Shown in pieces: positions 34,569 through 49,009 of a stretch of 64,000 bases of DNA. The position numbers were made by a program, and so were the translations under genes. Each line of letters opens with the position of its first letter. Positions within the stretch are counted from its first letter, which is position 1. The stretch comes from Octopus vulgaris (taxonomy: Eukaryota): positions 128,092,001 to 128,156,000 of the forward strand of contig OX597816.1 of NCBI GenBank assembly GCA_951406725.2, read 5' to 3'. Under the pieces are notes generated by a model. It was not told the origin of the DNA, did no database searches, and worked only from the letters and a program-made list of their open reading frames with translations.

Positions 34569-35212
34569 AAAAAAATATATCATCAAACACTATATTACTA
34601 GCTTGGGCATGTAAGTGACCAGAGTGTTACCATTGTTTTCTTGTTAAACATTGCCACTAGATAATATTGACATGTCTTCAAACATGCTGGTCAGAAGTAC
34701 ATAGTCTCTTTATAACTGAAGTTGCACACTCTCTATGTAGACACAGGTAGTACCATTGAGTCAACCCAGGGTTGTATACACCATATGTATGCACCATCAG
34801 TACTAAAGAGGCTATGAGTAAGCCAATTGTAACAAGCTGACCAGGTAAATACCATAACTAATAACATATTGTGAGATGATGCAAAAATATGACTGTTCTG
34901 TTAGTAATATGAAGTCTGCTTTTGTGTCTGACGTACAGACAATGAACTGACAGGCAATCAATCAATTTCTCTCTCTCCTCTCTCTGTCTTTATATATATA
35001 TGTGTTTGTATGTGTGTGTGTATGCATACATACATATATATATATACGTATACATGTTTATACTTACATGTGTACAGATATATATATATATACGCATATA
35101 TATGCATATATTTATATATCTATATATATGCATATATACACACATAATATACATACTTACATATGTGCATATATACATTCATCATATATATACATACATA
35201 TATCTATCTATC

Positions 35213-35244
<32 letters not shown>

Positions 35245-35399
35245 AACACACACATGTGTGTGTGTGTGTGTGTGTGTACATGCATATATTTATATTTCTA
35301 TATTTATCTATCTATATATTATATGATGAATATATATATGTGTGTGTGTATATATATGTGTGTGTGTGTGTTGCGTGTGTGTAAATATATGTATGTGTG

Positions 35400-35436
<37 letters not shown>

Positions 35437-36302
35437 ATAATCAGTTTACTGTCTACTTTTCAAAACTTGCATTGGTTGGACTAAATTTTATTGAGGAATT
35501 TCTACTGCCAGATACTCTTCGTATCGTCAACGCTTGGCTATTCTCAGGAAAGGAATATTCCCCCATGATCAGACATGGAAGATTGGAAATGAAAGACAGC
35601 TTGCATTATGCTGACACTCATTTGAAACTATCACATGATGTCAATGGAAAGAGATTAGTATTGTTTTATTAAATTGCCAAATATGTCCTCAAATACCTCA
35701 GAAACTCAGTAATACACATATTTTGGATAGGTAGCTGCTGCTGTCTGAGATTTGGTCTCTAAGAAACACCACATCTCTCTTAGGAGCTTCATTTTTGGTT
35801 TTGTTATGTAATTAGGTGCCATTCCTAAAAGCAAATACTTTACAGTATAGACTGAGTGCATTTTTCCATATACATACATATATGTATGTTTATGTATATA
35901 TAAATATGTGTGAGTGTAGGTCATTTTGTTTTCCCAGATAGATTGTTCTTCATGTTTGAGACTCTGATAAAGCCATAAGGTGGTACTCAGGCATTGAACT
36001 ATGAATCCACCACAACTTCTAGTGGAAGTAACTGAAACTTAATGAAGTTCATAAGATAATCGTTTGTTGTCTCTTTTTTCTTATTACCACTCTGCACTCG
36101 AGTAACACTTTTGTATAGAAACATATGTATACTGAGTTCTACACTAGGCCATTAATACTGCAACACCTAAGTGAAATATTAAAACATATATATATAGATT
36201 TTAATGGTGCTATTATTCATAACTTTATCTATTTCAAAGTTCCATTAATAAGACATTTATTTTATAACTCTTGAAACTTATGACATAAACACACACACAC
36301 AT

Positions 36303-36347
<45 letters not shown>

Positions 36348-36695
36348 TGTTTGTGTGTGTGTGTGCATATACTCATGCATATGTACATATAATACACACA
36401 CACACTCATATATATTAAAACGTGGACCCTTACATAACGAATCTACTTCATTCCAGAACCTCATTCATTATCACAAAATTTCATTACCACTCACTTAAAA
36501 CGTATTTAGATATAGTTAATTTCAAACCCTCAAAGAATACTGCAAGTCTATATATAGTCCATCATTTCAGGAATTAATATATCACAAATTATCCATAAAA
36601 ATCAGTGTATATACTAAAAGCCATGTAATATTTGTAAACAAGGTAACATATAGCAAAAATGAAATTTACTGAAAGAAAATTTTAATAAATAAAAA

Positions 36696-37103
36696 CAGGA
36701 GTGGCTGTGTGGTAAGTAGCTTGGTAACCAACCACATGGTTCCGCGTTCAGTCCCACTGTGTGGCATCTTGGGCAAGTGTCTTCTGCTATAGCCCCGGGC
36801 CGACCAATGCCTTGTGAGTGGATTTGGTAGACAGAAACTGAAAGAAGCCTGTCGTATATATGTATATATATATATGTATGTGTGTTTGTGTGTCTGTGTT
36901 TGTCTCCCTAGCATTGCTTGACAACCGATGCTAGTGTGTTTACGTCCCTGTCACTTAGCGGTTCAGCAAAAAGAGACCGATAGAATAAGTACTGGGCTTA
37001 CAAAGAATAAGTCCCGGGGTCGATTTGCTTGACTAAAGGCGGTGCTCCAGCATGGCTGCAGTCAAATGACTGAAACAAGTAAAAGAAAAAAAGAAAAGAA
37101 AGA
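36696..37103 (+). mobile_element. tRNA-derived SINE family A (young copy)
   Basis: CpG-retaining copy with A-rich tail. Confidence 0.92.
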
Positions 37104-37499
37104 ATATACAGTTTATGTTAAATATATCTCTTATGAAGTTATATAAGCTAATCACCATCATCGTTGTTTAATGTCCATCTTCCATGCAGGACCCGGTCAG
37201 GTAGAATACCACCCTAGGCTACTGTGTCTGTTTTGGCATGGATTTTATAGCTGGATGCACTTCCTAACACCAACCACTCCACAGTTTATATTAAATAAAC
37301 AGATAGTTTTACATGATAATCTTCATTTTAAAAAAAGCAGTAACATTTAAAAGGTAATTACAAATGTGTTACAAACTCAGGATTTGCTCCCTTCTAGCCC
37401 CTTTTTGGGGTTCAAGGTATATAAACCTTGTGCATCTAGCCCATGCTTCCCAGGACAGTTCGTAGGTCCATGCTAGTTCTCACAGTGTTGGATGGAGAC

Positions 37500-37860
37500 T
37501 GCAATATACTTATCAAACATGCTCCTCTACCAAAGATCTGAATGAATCCTCCTGAATTAAGGTTTTTTCTAAGGATTTTTGGAGTAACATTACTTAGTCA
37601 ATATTTCTTCAAATTGAGGGATCCCAGCTCTGATATTATAAATGTCTCAGGAAAGGAATCTCTGGACAGGTTCTATGAGCAAAACCAACCCGCAGGGGAC
37701 CTAGGAGTTGACCACGAGCAAAATGGTAGGATGACATCCATGAGTCTATTTGGTCTTACTTTGGGATTCAGCCAGATCAGCTGGAAAAGGTTACTTATGA
37801 CAGAACCCAATGGAAAGTGTGCTTGAAGAATCTGCTCCCACTACCTTCCCAGGAATAAGA
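37500..37860 (+). pseudogene. Degraded RTE LINE C-terminal fragment (different family)
   Basis: PELRFFLRIFGVTLL...SSDI (cf. AEMRFLRRI.GVT..D...S.DI) and downstream remnants of GRPR..W.DDI and DR..W. Confidence 0.55.
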
Positions 37861-38099
37861 TGAGATTAGAGGATTACGAGGTATGTCTCAATCTGTGTGG
37901 TATGTTAAAGGTAAATAATTCAACATCTATGAATCCCAAGATGCAAATTTAAAAGTTTAAAAATATTTTAAATTAACAATTGAAAAATAGTATACTTTCT
38001 TGCTTGATTTTGGTTGGCCGTTTTATTGAAAGTGAAGGGCAGCAGAGTGTTAAGAAGGAAGAAGGGTAAGGTTTTTTTAAGTACTTTCTTCTGCAGGAA

Positions 38100-39620
38100 G
38101 ATCATCTAGAATTACCATTTTTAACAAAGAAACAGCAAAGAATTTGAAGGTTCTTGAATTTTTTTATGGTAAGTATCAATGGTGAAATGGCATAATCTAT
38201 TCTTCTGGACAAACCCAAGGAACTCCAACAATTCATCAGAAAAATTGCTCACATCTGACTCAACATCCTCTGAGAGACAGTGGTATGTTATCTCAATGTC
38301 TGTGAGCTCACTCCAGAGACAAAATATCTTCTAATATCTTCTTTTATGGTTCATTTCTTCTTCTGACATGGTTTGTTTCTTACATTTTGATTATCTTCCT
38401 GTAAGTGCAGTCTTTCTTGAGAGAATTCAATCTATTCCTGGTGTAGCTTGTTTAGGTTGTCAATGGGCATTTCTTTTCTTTGCTTTGCTTCTCAATTAAA
38501 TAATTTGTCTTTTTTATCAATTTCAAGGTTCATAGAACTGCTCAAACATTTCAAAGTCTATTGAAGAGACAAAATCAGGTCACAGTACTCTCCAAAAGGA
38601 GTTTAAGCTCTCAGGATAAAGATATCTCTCCATGACTTCACTATTAAATGCACAGCATCTGCAAAGGTGAAGCGATTTTTCCAAACCTCTTTTAGCATCA
38701 CTTCAGTAAACAAATTCACTTCAAAGCAGGTCTCAAATAAATGCTTTCTGTATGATTTTTTGAAGTAAGAATTCACTTCTGATCGATGAGTTAAAGCACA
38801 GGAGTAATTTTAGGATGCAGGATGTGGACTTTGATAAATTCAAATACCTGTGGCATTCAGTCCATGAGGTTTGAAAGGTGTGCTAGAGCATTATCCATAA
38901 CAAGAAGAAAGAACCTCCTCTTTGAGGTAGTCATGTACAATGAGAACAAATAAGTCACTATATCATGCATTAAACAATTTCCTTGTAACCTAGACTTTCA
39001 GTTTAAATCCACTGAAATATTAGTATCATCTATAGTCTATGTTTTATCAGTTTATGTTCAGAGAATCTGTCCTCCTGCTATTGGATAAAAGTCCTGGGCA
39101 CATTTTTATGAAAAAACAAATTACCAGCTTCATGGTTAAAAATCTAATAAAACACAGATTAGTCTCATCCACAAGCTTTAAAAATTCAGATCAATATATT
39201 TCTGCAGTAAGTGAGTCTAAGCTGACATTTTTGCTATGACACACAATGTTGCAAACACCAGAACATTTTTCAAATGACTCAAACCAATCTTTGCTGGTTT
39301 GAGTCAACTCTCCTGGTTTTATGTCATTCTGAAGCTGTTCAGAAACGGACTTGGCTTTTTTACAAAGCTGAATCATCCGCTAATTTTTTTGTTTTATCCA
39401 CATTAATAATAAATTTTCTGCTTGATCCATGTGTGAGACATGATTGTTATGAAGCCTGCATATACCTTGTGCCAATGTGGCCCTTTTTGGCACATTTAAC
39501 TTTTTCTTCGAAATGGTGCAAATTGAAAATTTGGTCAATCCATGCCCCACACTAAGTTTACAGTTTGAATTCTGGTAATGGCCTTCTGTCTCTTTTCAAT
39601 CTTGAATTGTGCTTAGAATA
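38100..39620 (-). mobile_element. Tigger/pogo-type DNA transposon fossil
   Basis: ORF 39191..39376 (KAK...SKDWFESFEKCSGVCNIVCHSKNVSLD) is CENP-B HTH-like; VDETNL at ~39160 and LLVMDNALAH at ~38880-38907 are DDE_1 motifs. Confidence 0.8.
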
Positions 39621-40018
39621 TCTTATGTTAACTGCATATTTAGATATCTTTCCTGAGAGATATTGTTTCCATTTCCAATTCTAATTAGTGAAAATTTAAT
39701 TGAAAACAGCAAAAACAAAAATGCTTCATTAAGTAGTAAATAGTTTAGAAACTTAGATGATGAATAATAGAAAAACAGTATTAACACAAACCTGTTATGA
39801 ACAAACAGATAGTCTATTATGAAAGTATTCATGGAAAATAATACTTTAATATTCTTTTTTTTTTTTTCAATTAAAGAGGTTATACTTAGAAACTACATTG
39901 ATATAGCTGGAGAAAATAATTAAAATATCTTAATTTAAAATGAAATATGCACTATATATCCTTAGTTTTAGAGCTTTTTCGGGGTAGGGGATGGTGTTGT
40001 GGAATTCTAATAATTAGT

Positions 40019-40047
<29 letters not shown>

Positions 40048-40052
<5 letters not shown>

Positions 40053-40503
40053 GATGGGCTACAGCAAATATTCTGCTCAATACCACAGATTTGTTTGACC
40101 TTAACCAGTTGGGCATGTCCTGTAGTGGCTGACAATATGTGCATCTCTGATTACGAGCAGAAGTAGTGGGGGAGCATCATAGCCATGTGTTGAGAGGGAT
40201 TCTTTGAGATTTGAATAATTTACCTCGGGAAACATGGGTGTTTTGTTCAACATCCTTAAACAACCCTTATTCAGGGACCTTTTGAGCGGGATGGGTTACT
40301 TGACCAGAAGAAAATTCTAGCTGGTCCCCACCTGCAAGGTCATGTGCTGTTTATCTTGGTTTGAGATCACCATGTCACACACATATGGTTGTGATGCATG
40401 TACCTAGTGTACCCTTATCAGACGGGTAGTCATGATGGGTATACTGGGCTTCGTATATTTTACCCCAGTGTCACTTTGATGGCATGCACTGCTCTCTCAC
40501 TCA
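40048..40503 (+). mobile_element. Non-LTR retroelement 3' end with (AAT)n tail, inserted in an (AAT)n microsatellite (possibly R4/Dong-type)
   Basis: Flanked on both sides by (taa)n; an inverted homolog lies at 51793-52318. Clade inferred only from the target preference. Confidence 0.7.
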
Positions 40504-40667
40504 ATAATAATAATATAATAATAATATTAATAATAATAATACATTGTATGTAAAAGTATGTTTTATGACAACATTCATATAAAAAAGTTCATACACACTA
40601 AACATAGTCAAGCATATACAAACAACATAATTAAACATAGTATTAAATAGTTAACCACTAAGTTATA

Positions 40668-41547
40668 TGAGGGGATACCCAAAAGAAACCAGAATTTTGC
40701 AATATTATTTTATTCACTTAGTTTTACATGTTAACACTTTTATCACCTTCAAAGTATTCAATGCATTGGTCCAAACTCGTTTTCCCATGTTGGAAGCTGT
40801 GTTGGTACTCTTGCAAAGTGATGCTTTTTAATGCCTCCATCATTTTTTTCTTCACCTCTGAAATCCCATAGCACCAGCTTTTGTCACCAGCGATAACTTT
40901 TGAAAAAGGTCTGGATCAACTTCCAACTGTCCTTTCAGTTCACAAAACGCATTCAGTTGTGACTGCTTTTCATTTTCTGTGAGCAATCGAGATACAAAAG
41001 CTGCTGAAACCCTTTATATTTGCAATTCCTCACTCAAAATTCATTAGCAGGAGCTCCAGTACACACCAGTCATATCAACAAATTCGTCAGCTGTACAGTG
41101 ACAGTCCTCTTGGATCAATTCATGAATTTTCATGTTTTCATTTGTTTGGGAGGTTGATAGTCACCCTGAATGAGGTTGGTCCTCAAGCAACAACTGACCA
41201 TTCCAGAAGTATGTAAACCACTTGTAAGCTTGTGTTTTGCTCATGACAGCAGTCTTGTAAGCTGTTTGAAGCATTATAACTGTTTCAGCTGCCGTTTTCT
41301 CCAGAAGAAAACAGAATTTCACAGAAGCATGCTGTTCCTTTGTTTCAGCAATTGCAAAAAGTGATGAACAGGTGAGAAACACTGCAAAACAAAGATGCAC
41401 CATGTGAAAGTACGACCTTACCTGACTACACTGGTCAGCAGACTGATACCTGAGGGTCACATCAAGTGACTTCTGGTGGTAGAAGCCTGAACTACAGCAG
41501 GTTTGTCCCACAGAGAATGTTTCTGGTTACTTTGGGGCATCCCCTTG
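40668..41547 (-). mobile_element. Internally deleted mariner element
   Basis: TIRs tgaggggatacccaaaagaaaccagaa / ttctggttactttggggcatccccttg with TA flanks. ORF 41161..41511 contains EQHASVKFCFLLEKTAAETV.ML..AY....MSKTQ.YKWF..F.NG...LED.P.SG (mariner HTH). Confidence 0.9.
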
Positions 41548-41599
41548 TATACTTAGTATTGAAATAATAATTTTTTTAAATAATAGTATTTCTATATAC

Positions 41600-41803
41600 T
41601 ATAAGCATGAGGTCTGAAAGTTTTGGGGCAGGTGGCTAATCAGATACATCGACCTCAGTACTCAGCTATTTATTTTATCAACCTTGTAAGGATGAAAGGC
41701 ACAGTCAACTTCTTTGAAATTTGAACACTGAACATAAAGCCAGAAAAAAAGCTGCTAAGCATTTTGTCCATTATGCTAATGATTCTGCCAGCTCTCCACC
41801 TTT
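41600..41803 (-). mobile_element. SINE family B
   Basis: tacatcgacctcagtactcagct...aaggatgaaaggc...ctaagcattttgtcc...gattctgccagctctccacc. Confidence 0.85.
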
Positions 41804-42265
41804 TAAATAATAATAATCCCATTAATGATATCTGCAAAGCTGTTATATGGGAAAAGACTATACACTCATGAAACTATACAGAATGAAATCCTTAACTAAA
41901 GCTGCTGAAGTTGAATACACAACTAATTTCATAACATTGTTGAGTCTCTTTAAAAATCAAGAGATTGGACATAAGCTGGACAAGCTTTGCAATCTTCAGT
42001 TGATTATTACAGCCCATGAGTAAGTAAACCAAGAAAAATATACTTAAACATATTCTTATCATTAATGAGAAAGCACTTAGTCTCCCTGAAAAAAAAAAGA
42101 ATTATTGAATAAAGCAAATTATTTAAAACTAAGGATTAACTAAAAAATGAAGTTTCAGATAATAACAGGAATTTTCTAACAGAAGTACACAATTTCTGTT
42201 TGGCTAAGTATCATGTTTTTCATTCAACAAGAATATCTGGATTAATGAGACATTTCCTAGTTTAT

Positions 42266-43510
42266 ATTGGATCATTCCATAAATAATGTGGTTTTTTCAG
42301 TTGCATGAACTAAAAGTTGGAGAAGGATAGGATAAAGTACCTGCATCAACTTTCTATAAAAGCAGGTAGTAATTTTATCTTGTACTTATTCTTAGTGCAA
42401 GTTTTGAAGAGTGCAGTTCGAATTTAACAGTTATGTTTTCAAAGCTATAAGGGAAGTGATAAAGGAGCATATTCATCATATTTTACTTTATGAGTTCAAT
42501 AAAGGCTACAACACAACGGAAAGGGCAAGGAATATTAATGCAGTATATGAGGATTGGACAAAAAGCATAAGCCAGTGTCAACAATGCTTCCAGAAATTCT
42601 AGGCCGGAAATTACAGCTTAGAAGATGAGCCTCATACTAGAAGATCTGTAGAGCTAGACGAGGATGTCTTGTAAACTCTAATGGAACAAAATCCCATTGT
42701 AATTGTTGAGGAAGTAGCAAAGAAGCTTGGATTTGGTCGTTCAACTATTCATCAACACCTGTGTGCCATTGGAAAAGTCAGCAAATTGGGTCAATGGGTT
42801 CCTCAGCTACTTTTTTAGCCTAATTGCATGCAGAGAGTGAATGTGTGTTCTTCTTTGCTGTTATACCTCATGAATGACATCTGTTTGGTCTGACTGGTGA
42901 TGAGAAATTGGTATTCTATAAAAATATCAAGCACCAAAGACAGTGTGTAGGGAAAGGAGAAACACCGGCACCCCAGGATAAAGAAGGTCTTCACCCATGT
43001 AAAGTGTTGTTATGTGTTTGGTGAGAAATGAAAGGTTTAGTCCACTTTGAACATTTAAACATAAACCAAACGATTACAAAGGAGATCTAATGTGAGCTGC
43101 TTAAGTCAGCACTAGAAGAAAAATGACCATCTTCTGTTTCAAGACGAAAGGTGTTCTTCCATCAGGATAATGCTCAGCCACATGCAGTGAAGATGACATT
43201 CCAAAGGCTGGAGCAGTTTGAATAGGAAACAATGCCTCACCCACCATATTTGCCAGAGATTTTCCCATCTGATTATCATTTATGCTGCAGTCTTAAAAAT
43301 CATTTGGACAGAAAAAATATGGATTCTGTAGACAAGGGCAGAACAATACTGGAGTCCTATTTTTCATCAGACAAGAGAAGTTTGGCAGAGAGGCCTTGCA
43401 AGTGTGCCAGATAAATGGAAGAAAATTGTAGAAAATGAAAGAGATTATATTTCAAATTAAAAAAAGAAATTTGTTTATCCTAATTTTGAAAAATAAAAGA
43501 AGTATAAAAA
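42266..43510 (+). mobile_element. Near full-length mariner transposase fossil (Hsmar1/SETMAR-like); 3' TIR not seen
   Basis: EHIHHILLYEFNKG...ARNINAVY; WVPQL (WVPHEL motif) at ~42795; TGDEK; FHQDNA.PH; PHPPYLPEIFPSDYHL (YSPDL..D motif). Multiple stops and frameshifts. Confidence 0.93.
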
Positions 43511-43622
43511 TATATTCTTAGAATATTTTTTAAAAAATGCTTTAGTCTTTCCAAAAACTTTACCTGAAATGCCATTTCATCATCCAACATTAATTACACA
43601 CATATGTGTGTATATATATATA

Positions 43623-43805
43623 TCATCATCATTTCACGTCCATTTTCCATGCTAGCATGGGCTGGACGGTTCAACCGGGGTCTGGAAATCCCGGAGGCTG
43701 CACCAGGCTCCACTCTGATCTGGCAGTGTTTCTACAGCTGGATGCACTTCCTAATGCCAACCACTCCTTGAGTGTAGTGGGTATTTTTTACGTGCCACCA
43801 ACACA
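43623..43805 (-). mobile_element. RTE-type LINE 3' end fragment
   Basis: (cat)n plus ttccatgctagcatgggctggacgg...aatgccaaccactcc. Further short copies at ~16300-16435, 33755-33913 and 37155-37285. Confidence 0.85.
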
Positions 43806-43806
43806 G

Positions 43807-43808
<2 letters not shown>

Positions 43809-43846
<38 letters not shown>

Positions 43847-44225
43847 CATACATACATACACATATATATGTACACACACACACATATTTATATATATATA
43901 CATATATATATACATACATATATATACATATATATGTATACATACATACACATATATACATATATATATATACATACATACACATAGATATACATACATA
44001 TATACATATATATATATACATACATGTGCATATACATACATGCATATATATACATATATATATATACATACATATATACATATATATATATATACATACA
44101 TGTGCATATACATACATGCATATATATACATATATATATATACATACATATATATACATGCATATATATATATACATACATATATATACATGCATATATA
44201 TATATACACACACACATATATATAT

Positions 44226-44262
<37 letters not shown>

Positions 44263-44292
44263 CACACACATACACACATATATATGTATATA
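43809..44292. repeat. Long compound (TA/CA/TACA)n microsatellite
   Basis: Direct inspection. Similar tracts at ~24825-25075, 28990-29187, 30375-30622 and 34990-35437. Confidence 0.97.
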
Positions 44293-45028
44293 AGTTTAGA
44301 ATACTTGATACATTACACATTATTATAGTCATATTATATATTTATTCTGGATTGGAGGATGATTTTGAATTCTAGTGAAATAACTTTAAAAATTTTTGTA
44401 TACATATATTTTTTGTTTGAGTGAATAGTAATCAATTCACTAATAAATTATCAAGTTCTTGTTGAATGAAATGCTGTAATTTGAGCTTTGAATCATAAAA
44501 TTTTAAAAGAAAATTTATTCTTTTAGCAAAAATCAGCGAATTCCTTTCTTTATAGAATATTTGCTTTCCAAGCTCAAAGTCAGCTGTTAAAAGCCAGATA
44601 AATCTAACGGTATATGTTTCATCTATGATCCATCAGAAACAGCTACATACTATCATATGCTATATATGTCCTTCCACATCCTATACACACAACCAAATCT
44701 CACATCTCCAGTCCCCAAAGTTTTTCACTCATAACAGCAACTGATGTTAAGGCAAAACTTGAAGAAACCTACCTATACTAACTAGTGGTCTTTTATCCAC
44801 ATTCACAATTCCTGAAGGTTATCATCAAAACAAAGAAGGATGTTTTCATGCATTGCATGCAGACAAGCTCTTCTGCCCCTCAAATTGCAACAGATTATAT
44901 TGATCCCCAGCCAAAAAGCATTGTTACCATCATAACAAAATTCTACTTTCCACCACCTCTCAACTATAATGATTCTATAAACAATCCTTCCTCTTTCGGT
45001 AGGGTTATATTCTACAGTGTAGAATATA

Positions 45029-45438
45029 GGCATAGAAGTGGCTTTATGGTAAGTAGCTTGCTTATGAACCACATGGTTCCAGGTTCAGTCCCACTGCATG
45101 GCACCTTGGGCAAGTGTCTTCTACTATAGCCTTGGGTTGACCAAAGCCTTGTGAGTGGATTTGGTAGACGGAAACTGAAAGAAGCCCGTCCTATATATGT
45201 ATATATATATAAGTATGTGTGTGTATGTTTGTGTGTCTGTGTTTATCCCCCAAACATCACTTGACAACCGATGCTGGTGTATTTATGTCCCTGTAACTTA
45301 GCAGTTCGGCAAAACAGACTGATAGAATAAATACTAGGCTTACAAAGAATAAGTCCTGGGGTTGATTTGCTCAACCAAAAGGCGGTGCTCCAGCAAGGCC
45401 ACAGTGACATGACTGAAACAAATAAAAGAGTAAAAGAG
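45029..45438 (+). mobile_element. tRNA-derived SINE family A, full length
   Basis: Same head, body and tail as the other copies. Confidence 0.9.
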
Positions 45439-48400
45439 TGTATCCTATTCTCAGCAAAGACAATGCTCTCACATAGTCATCTACTATGCTACTGGATTCA
45501 CTTTCAATATTTAAAGTTAATGGAGTCATTAACAACAACCTTCTCTAATACCCAGAATGTTCTCCCTCATTAATGAGAACTAATATTACATTCATAAATT
45601 AGATCTACTAGAGACTTTTCTTTGCCATTTGCCTATTGGTTTTTATTTTACAGAAATTTGAAAAAGTAGTGTTGGTGTCCTCGATGTCAGTAAAGGTTTC
45701 AATTGTTGTGCCTGGCATGTGAATCTCCTGTCAAAACTGCCAGCCTATAAATTCCACATTTTTTGTTATATCTGTAGACTTCTCATCAGATTACAATGAG
45801 TGTTAATAGAGTTCAATCCGACTCACAGCCTATCATATATGGTTTCCTCTGGAGTTGGCCTCCTTGTCATCGCCTCAAACCACATGCCCATTTAATGGTA
45901 GATAAAACCATCTTTCACACCTCCTTAACTTTCAGTAACCACCTGTCATCCACATGCTGCCTAGACACTTCACATCAAACCTGTGCTGATTCCATGAATA
46001 AAAACCTCAGAAACATTATCACCAATGGTGTTGTGAATATCTTGTCTCTTTCAACAAGATGACAACACAATGACTATACACATATCAAGAAAGCATTGTC
46101 AACTTTCATGTCACCTCAATAACAACAGTGGATAGCTAGGGCCATTGATGTCAAACTAAATGTTAGTCTCATCGTCCCTGTGAATCTCTCCTGGTTATAT
46201 ATATCATAAACATACCCAAAAGAACTCCTTTCCTCCTGAGAAAGATAAAATACTTTAGCCCTGAACAACTAATTTTCTATAAAACTCAGGTGAGGCTCAC
46301 AATGATGCATTGCTTCTATATCTCTCCCAATTCAACTGTTGCATAACATCCTAGACTGTATCCAAAGAAAAACCTTTGACTGAACAGATACTCACCAACA
46401 TTTCAATCTCTGAAACACCAACATCTAGTTCTTCTTTCTTTTCTACCATTGCTATAGTATCCTCTTTCCTTAGGCCTGAATATTTCCATGTATCATTCAC
46501 TAAGGTACTCCTTACTTATTTGTTTCTCCTCCTCTCACTATTCATATTGTCTCTATTTAACATTACCCCAAAAGAAATCAAAGAAGAAAAAGATCCCATC
46601 CAATGATATCTGGAAAAATTTCTTCAAGGTATACCAGACAAGCCATTTATATCTGGATACATCTCAGTCAGTAAAATCTTCCAGCTTGAATGGGCTATGA
46701 TGCCACAAAACTTGACTTAAAAATGACTTCATAGATTCTATCATGTGTGTTATTAATTTATACATGACAGAAGCTGACTTTTGGCCAGAAGATATATTAA
46801 GTTTATCTAAATGTATCTTTTCTGTCAGACCTCACACTAACACTCTAAATAAATTTAAAATTATGATGATGATGATGACGACTCTCAAAAACATTTGAAA
46901 TTTAGATATAGAGACCAAGAATTTTAAAACAATTGCAGATAATTTGGTAATATATTGGTATTACAATTATTATGGAAAGGCTATAGTATCTCACTGAGTT
47001 GAATTTATAACCAAGTTCTGATTTTTACTTGAAGACATTTTAATTTTCTTATGTGAGTAATGCCTTTGCAAGGTCAGATATTACAGCTAACACTCCCTGT
47101 TATCTTGAAATAAAAGGGTACAACTTATTGGTGGATACCTTTAATAAAGAAACAAGAGGTAAATGATGCAGATATAATGATTCAGTCTATTTATCAAACT
47201 TATGAGATAAACATTAACTGAGGTTATAAAAGTATTTTTAACGATATATGAGTGAAATAACTGAAATAATTTCAATTTTATGTTGAGCAAAATTGTAACA
47301 CTTTGCAAATTTGTTTTTTATGACTGCAAGACAGAATCTCTAAATGCTAACTTGTTTGTGACAATACTTCAGTGGTAAATTTGAGAAAGAAATAAAAGAA
47401 GAAAAATGAAACATTGTATGTTTTGTCATATGATACAAGAAATGAGGTTTAAAAAGCAGAAAGGATATTTAAACAAAAGTGGAAGAGAAGGGAGAATAGA
47501 AAATATCAGAAAATTATTTATAAAAATAAATAAATCTAGTCTTACAACAAAAGGAAAATTTTAAGCTTTGAGCACTTTTGTTTTTCCTTATGAATTACAG
47601 ATATCTTTGTAAAGATGTCATTGTGCCTTGTAGCAATTTCCAAAATTATTCATATTTTCTGGAAACTATTTCAGAAACAAAAATGTCTTAGATATCTCAT
47701 GGGAAAACGTTCCACATAAAATACTGCTGAATTTACATGAAGAATATAATGCTGTAGTAAATCACAGAACATAAAATATAAAAAAAGTCTCATAATGAGT
47801 CAATTTATTCCATGATTGGAAAGCTGATATAAACGCATTTAATTCTGAAATTATATTATCATTTCTTGCACAAATATATACCCTTATATTTAGCTCTTAT
47901 CTTCCAGTGAGACACAACACCATAGAGGACTACAGTAGTCAGCCTTTTCCAAAACACATGATATCAAAAGAATCATACTAAATTTGATTACATTCATATA
48001 AAAAGAAGTGAGAAACTCACTAATGCAACAGAAAAAAAATCTAATGTCTATTATGTTTCCCTTCTGTTCTATATCAGAACAATTACAGGACAGGGTTTTC
48101 AACTTGAAAAATTTTCAATAAGCTCTTTTGAGTTAAGGAACACAGTGAGTTGTGACACATATGTCTTCTAAAGGTAATAGGGCTTGCTTCACTTTTTGCC
48201 AACTGCTGTATGTGTCAACATATAAGAGGGGACATTTTCTATTCTTAAATGTAACAAAAATTTGTCATGCATCTAATGTAACTGTATTACAGATGAGACA
48301 GTCTATGAGTGTATGATGAAACAGTAAATTTGTTTTTCTACAAAATATACTTGTTCAGTAGGGGTGCACCTTATTCACTGGCAACTACAATATGTAAAGT

Positions 48401-49009
48401 ATTCCATATTTTACTTATTCATAAAACTTGAATAATCTTTACAGAAGGAATCACTTTGAAATAGGATTAATAATTATCCAAGTTGTACCTGTTGCCAATG
48501 GTAAACCACAACTTGTAAACTCTCTCATGTAAAATAACCCACTTTAATAAATATCTGCATTCATTTAACTTGTCTATTTTCATTTAATTTAACATATTTT
48601 AATTTACATCTTTGTTTGTTGTAATTGGTAAAGAAATAACATTTTAAAAACGGTTTCATACACCATGTGATTGTAGGTCTCAGTAAAACTATGAAGAGTG
48701 GTATAGAGGTTATGGCTATGCTACTCCAATTTCAGGGTGTAGATGTTATGCCATTCAGAGCATTCCAGGAGATCTGGACCTATTCCTCACAGAGCAGCCA
48801 ATGAGCATCTAAAATTGTCATCTTTCCAAATGAGACAATGAAATGTTTGTAGTAAATTAAAGCATAAAACATGGCAGTTCAGAATTCTGATGATTCAAGG
48901 AATTCACTTGTACACCACATCATTTATAACAATTTGTATCAAACAATTTTATACAGAATTAAATGACATGTTTTTGCAATGTTATAATCACATTATCTTA
49001 TTTATGAAT

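Noticed and set aside
43606-44375. Long ORFs rich in Y/I/H/T/C/V/M (also near 24552, 28917, 30373 and 35000)
   Set aside because: They are translations of TA/CA/TG microsatellites, which lack stop codons by composition.
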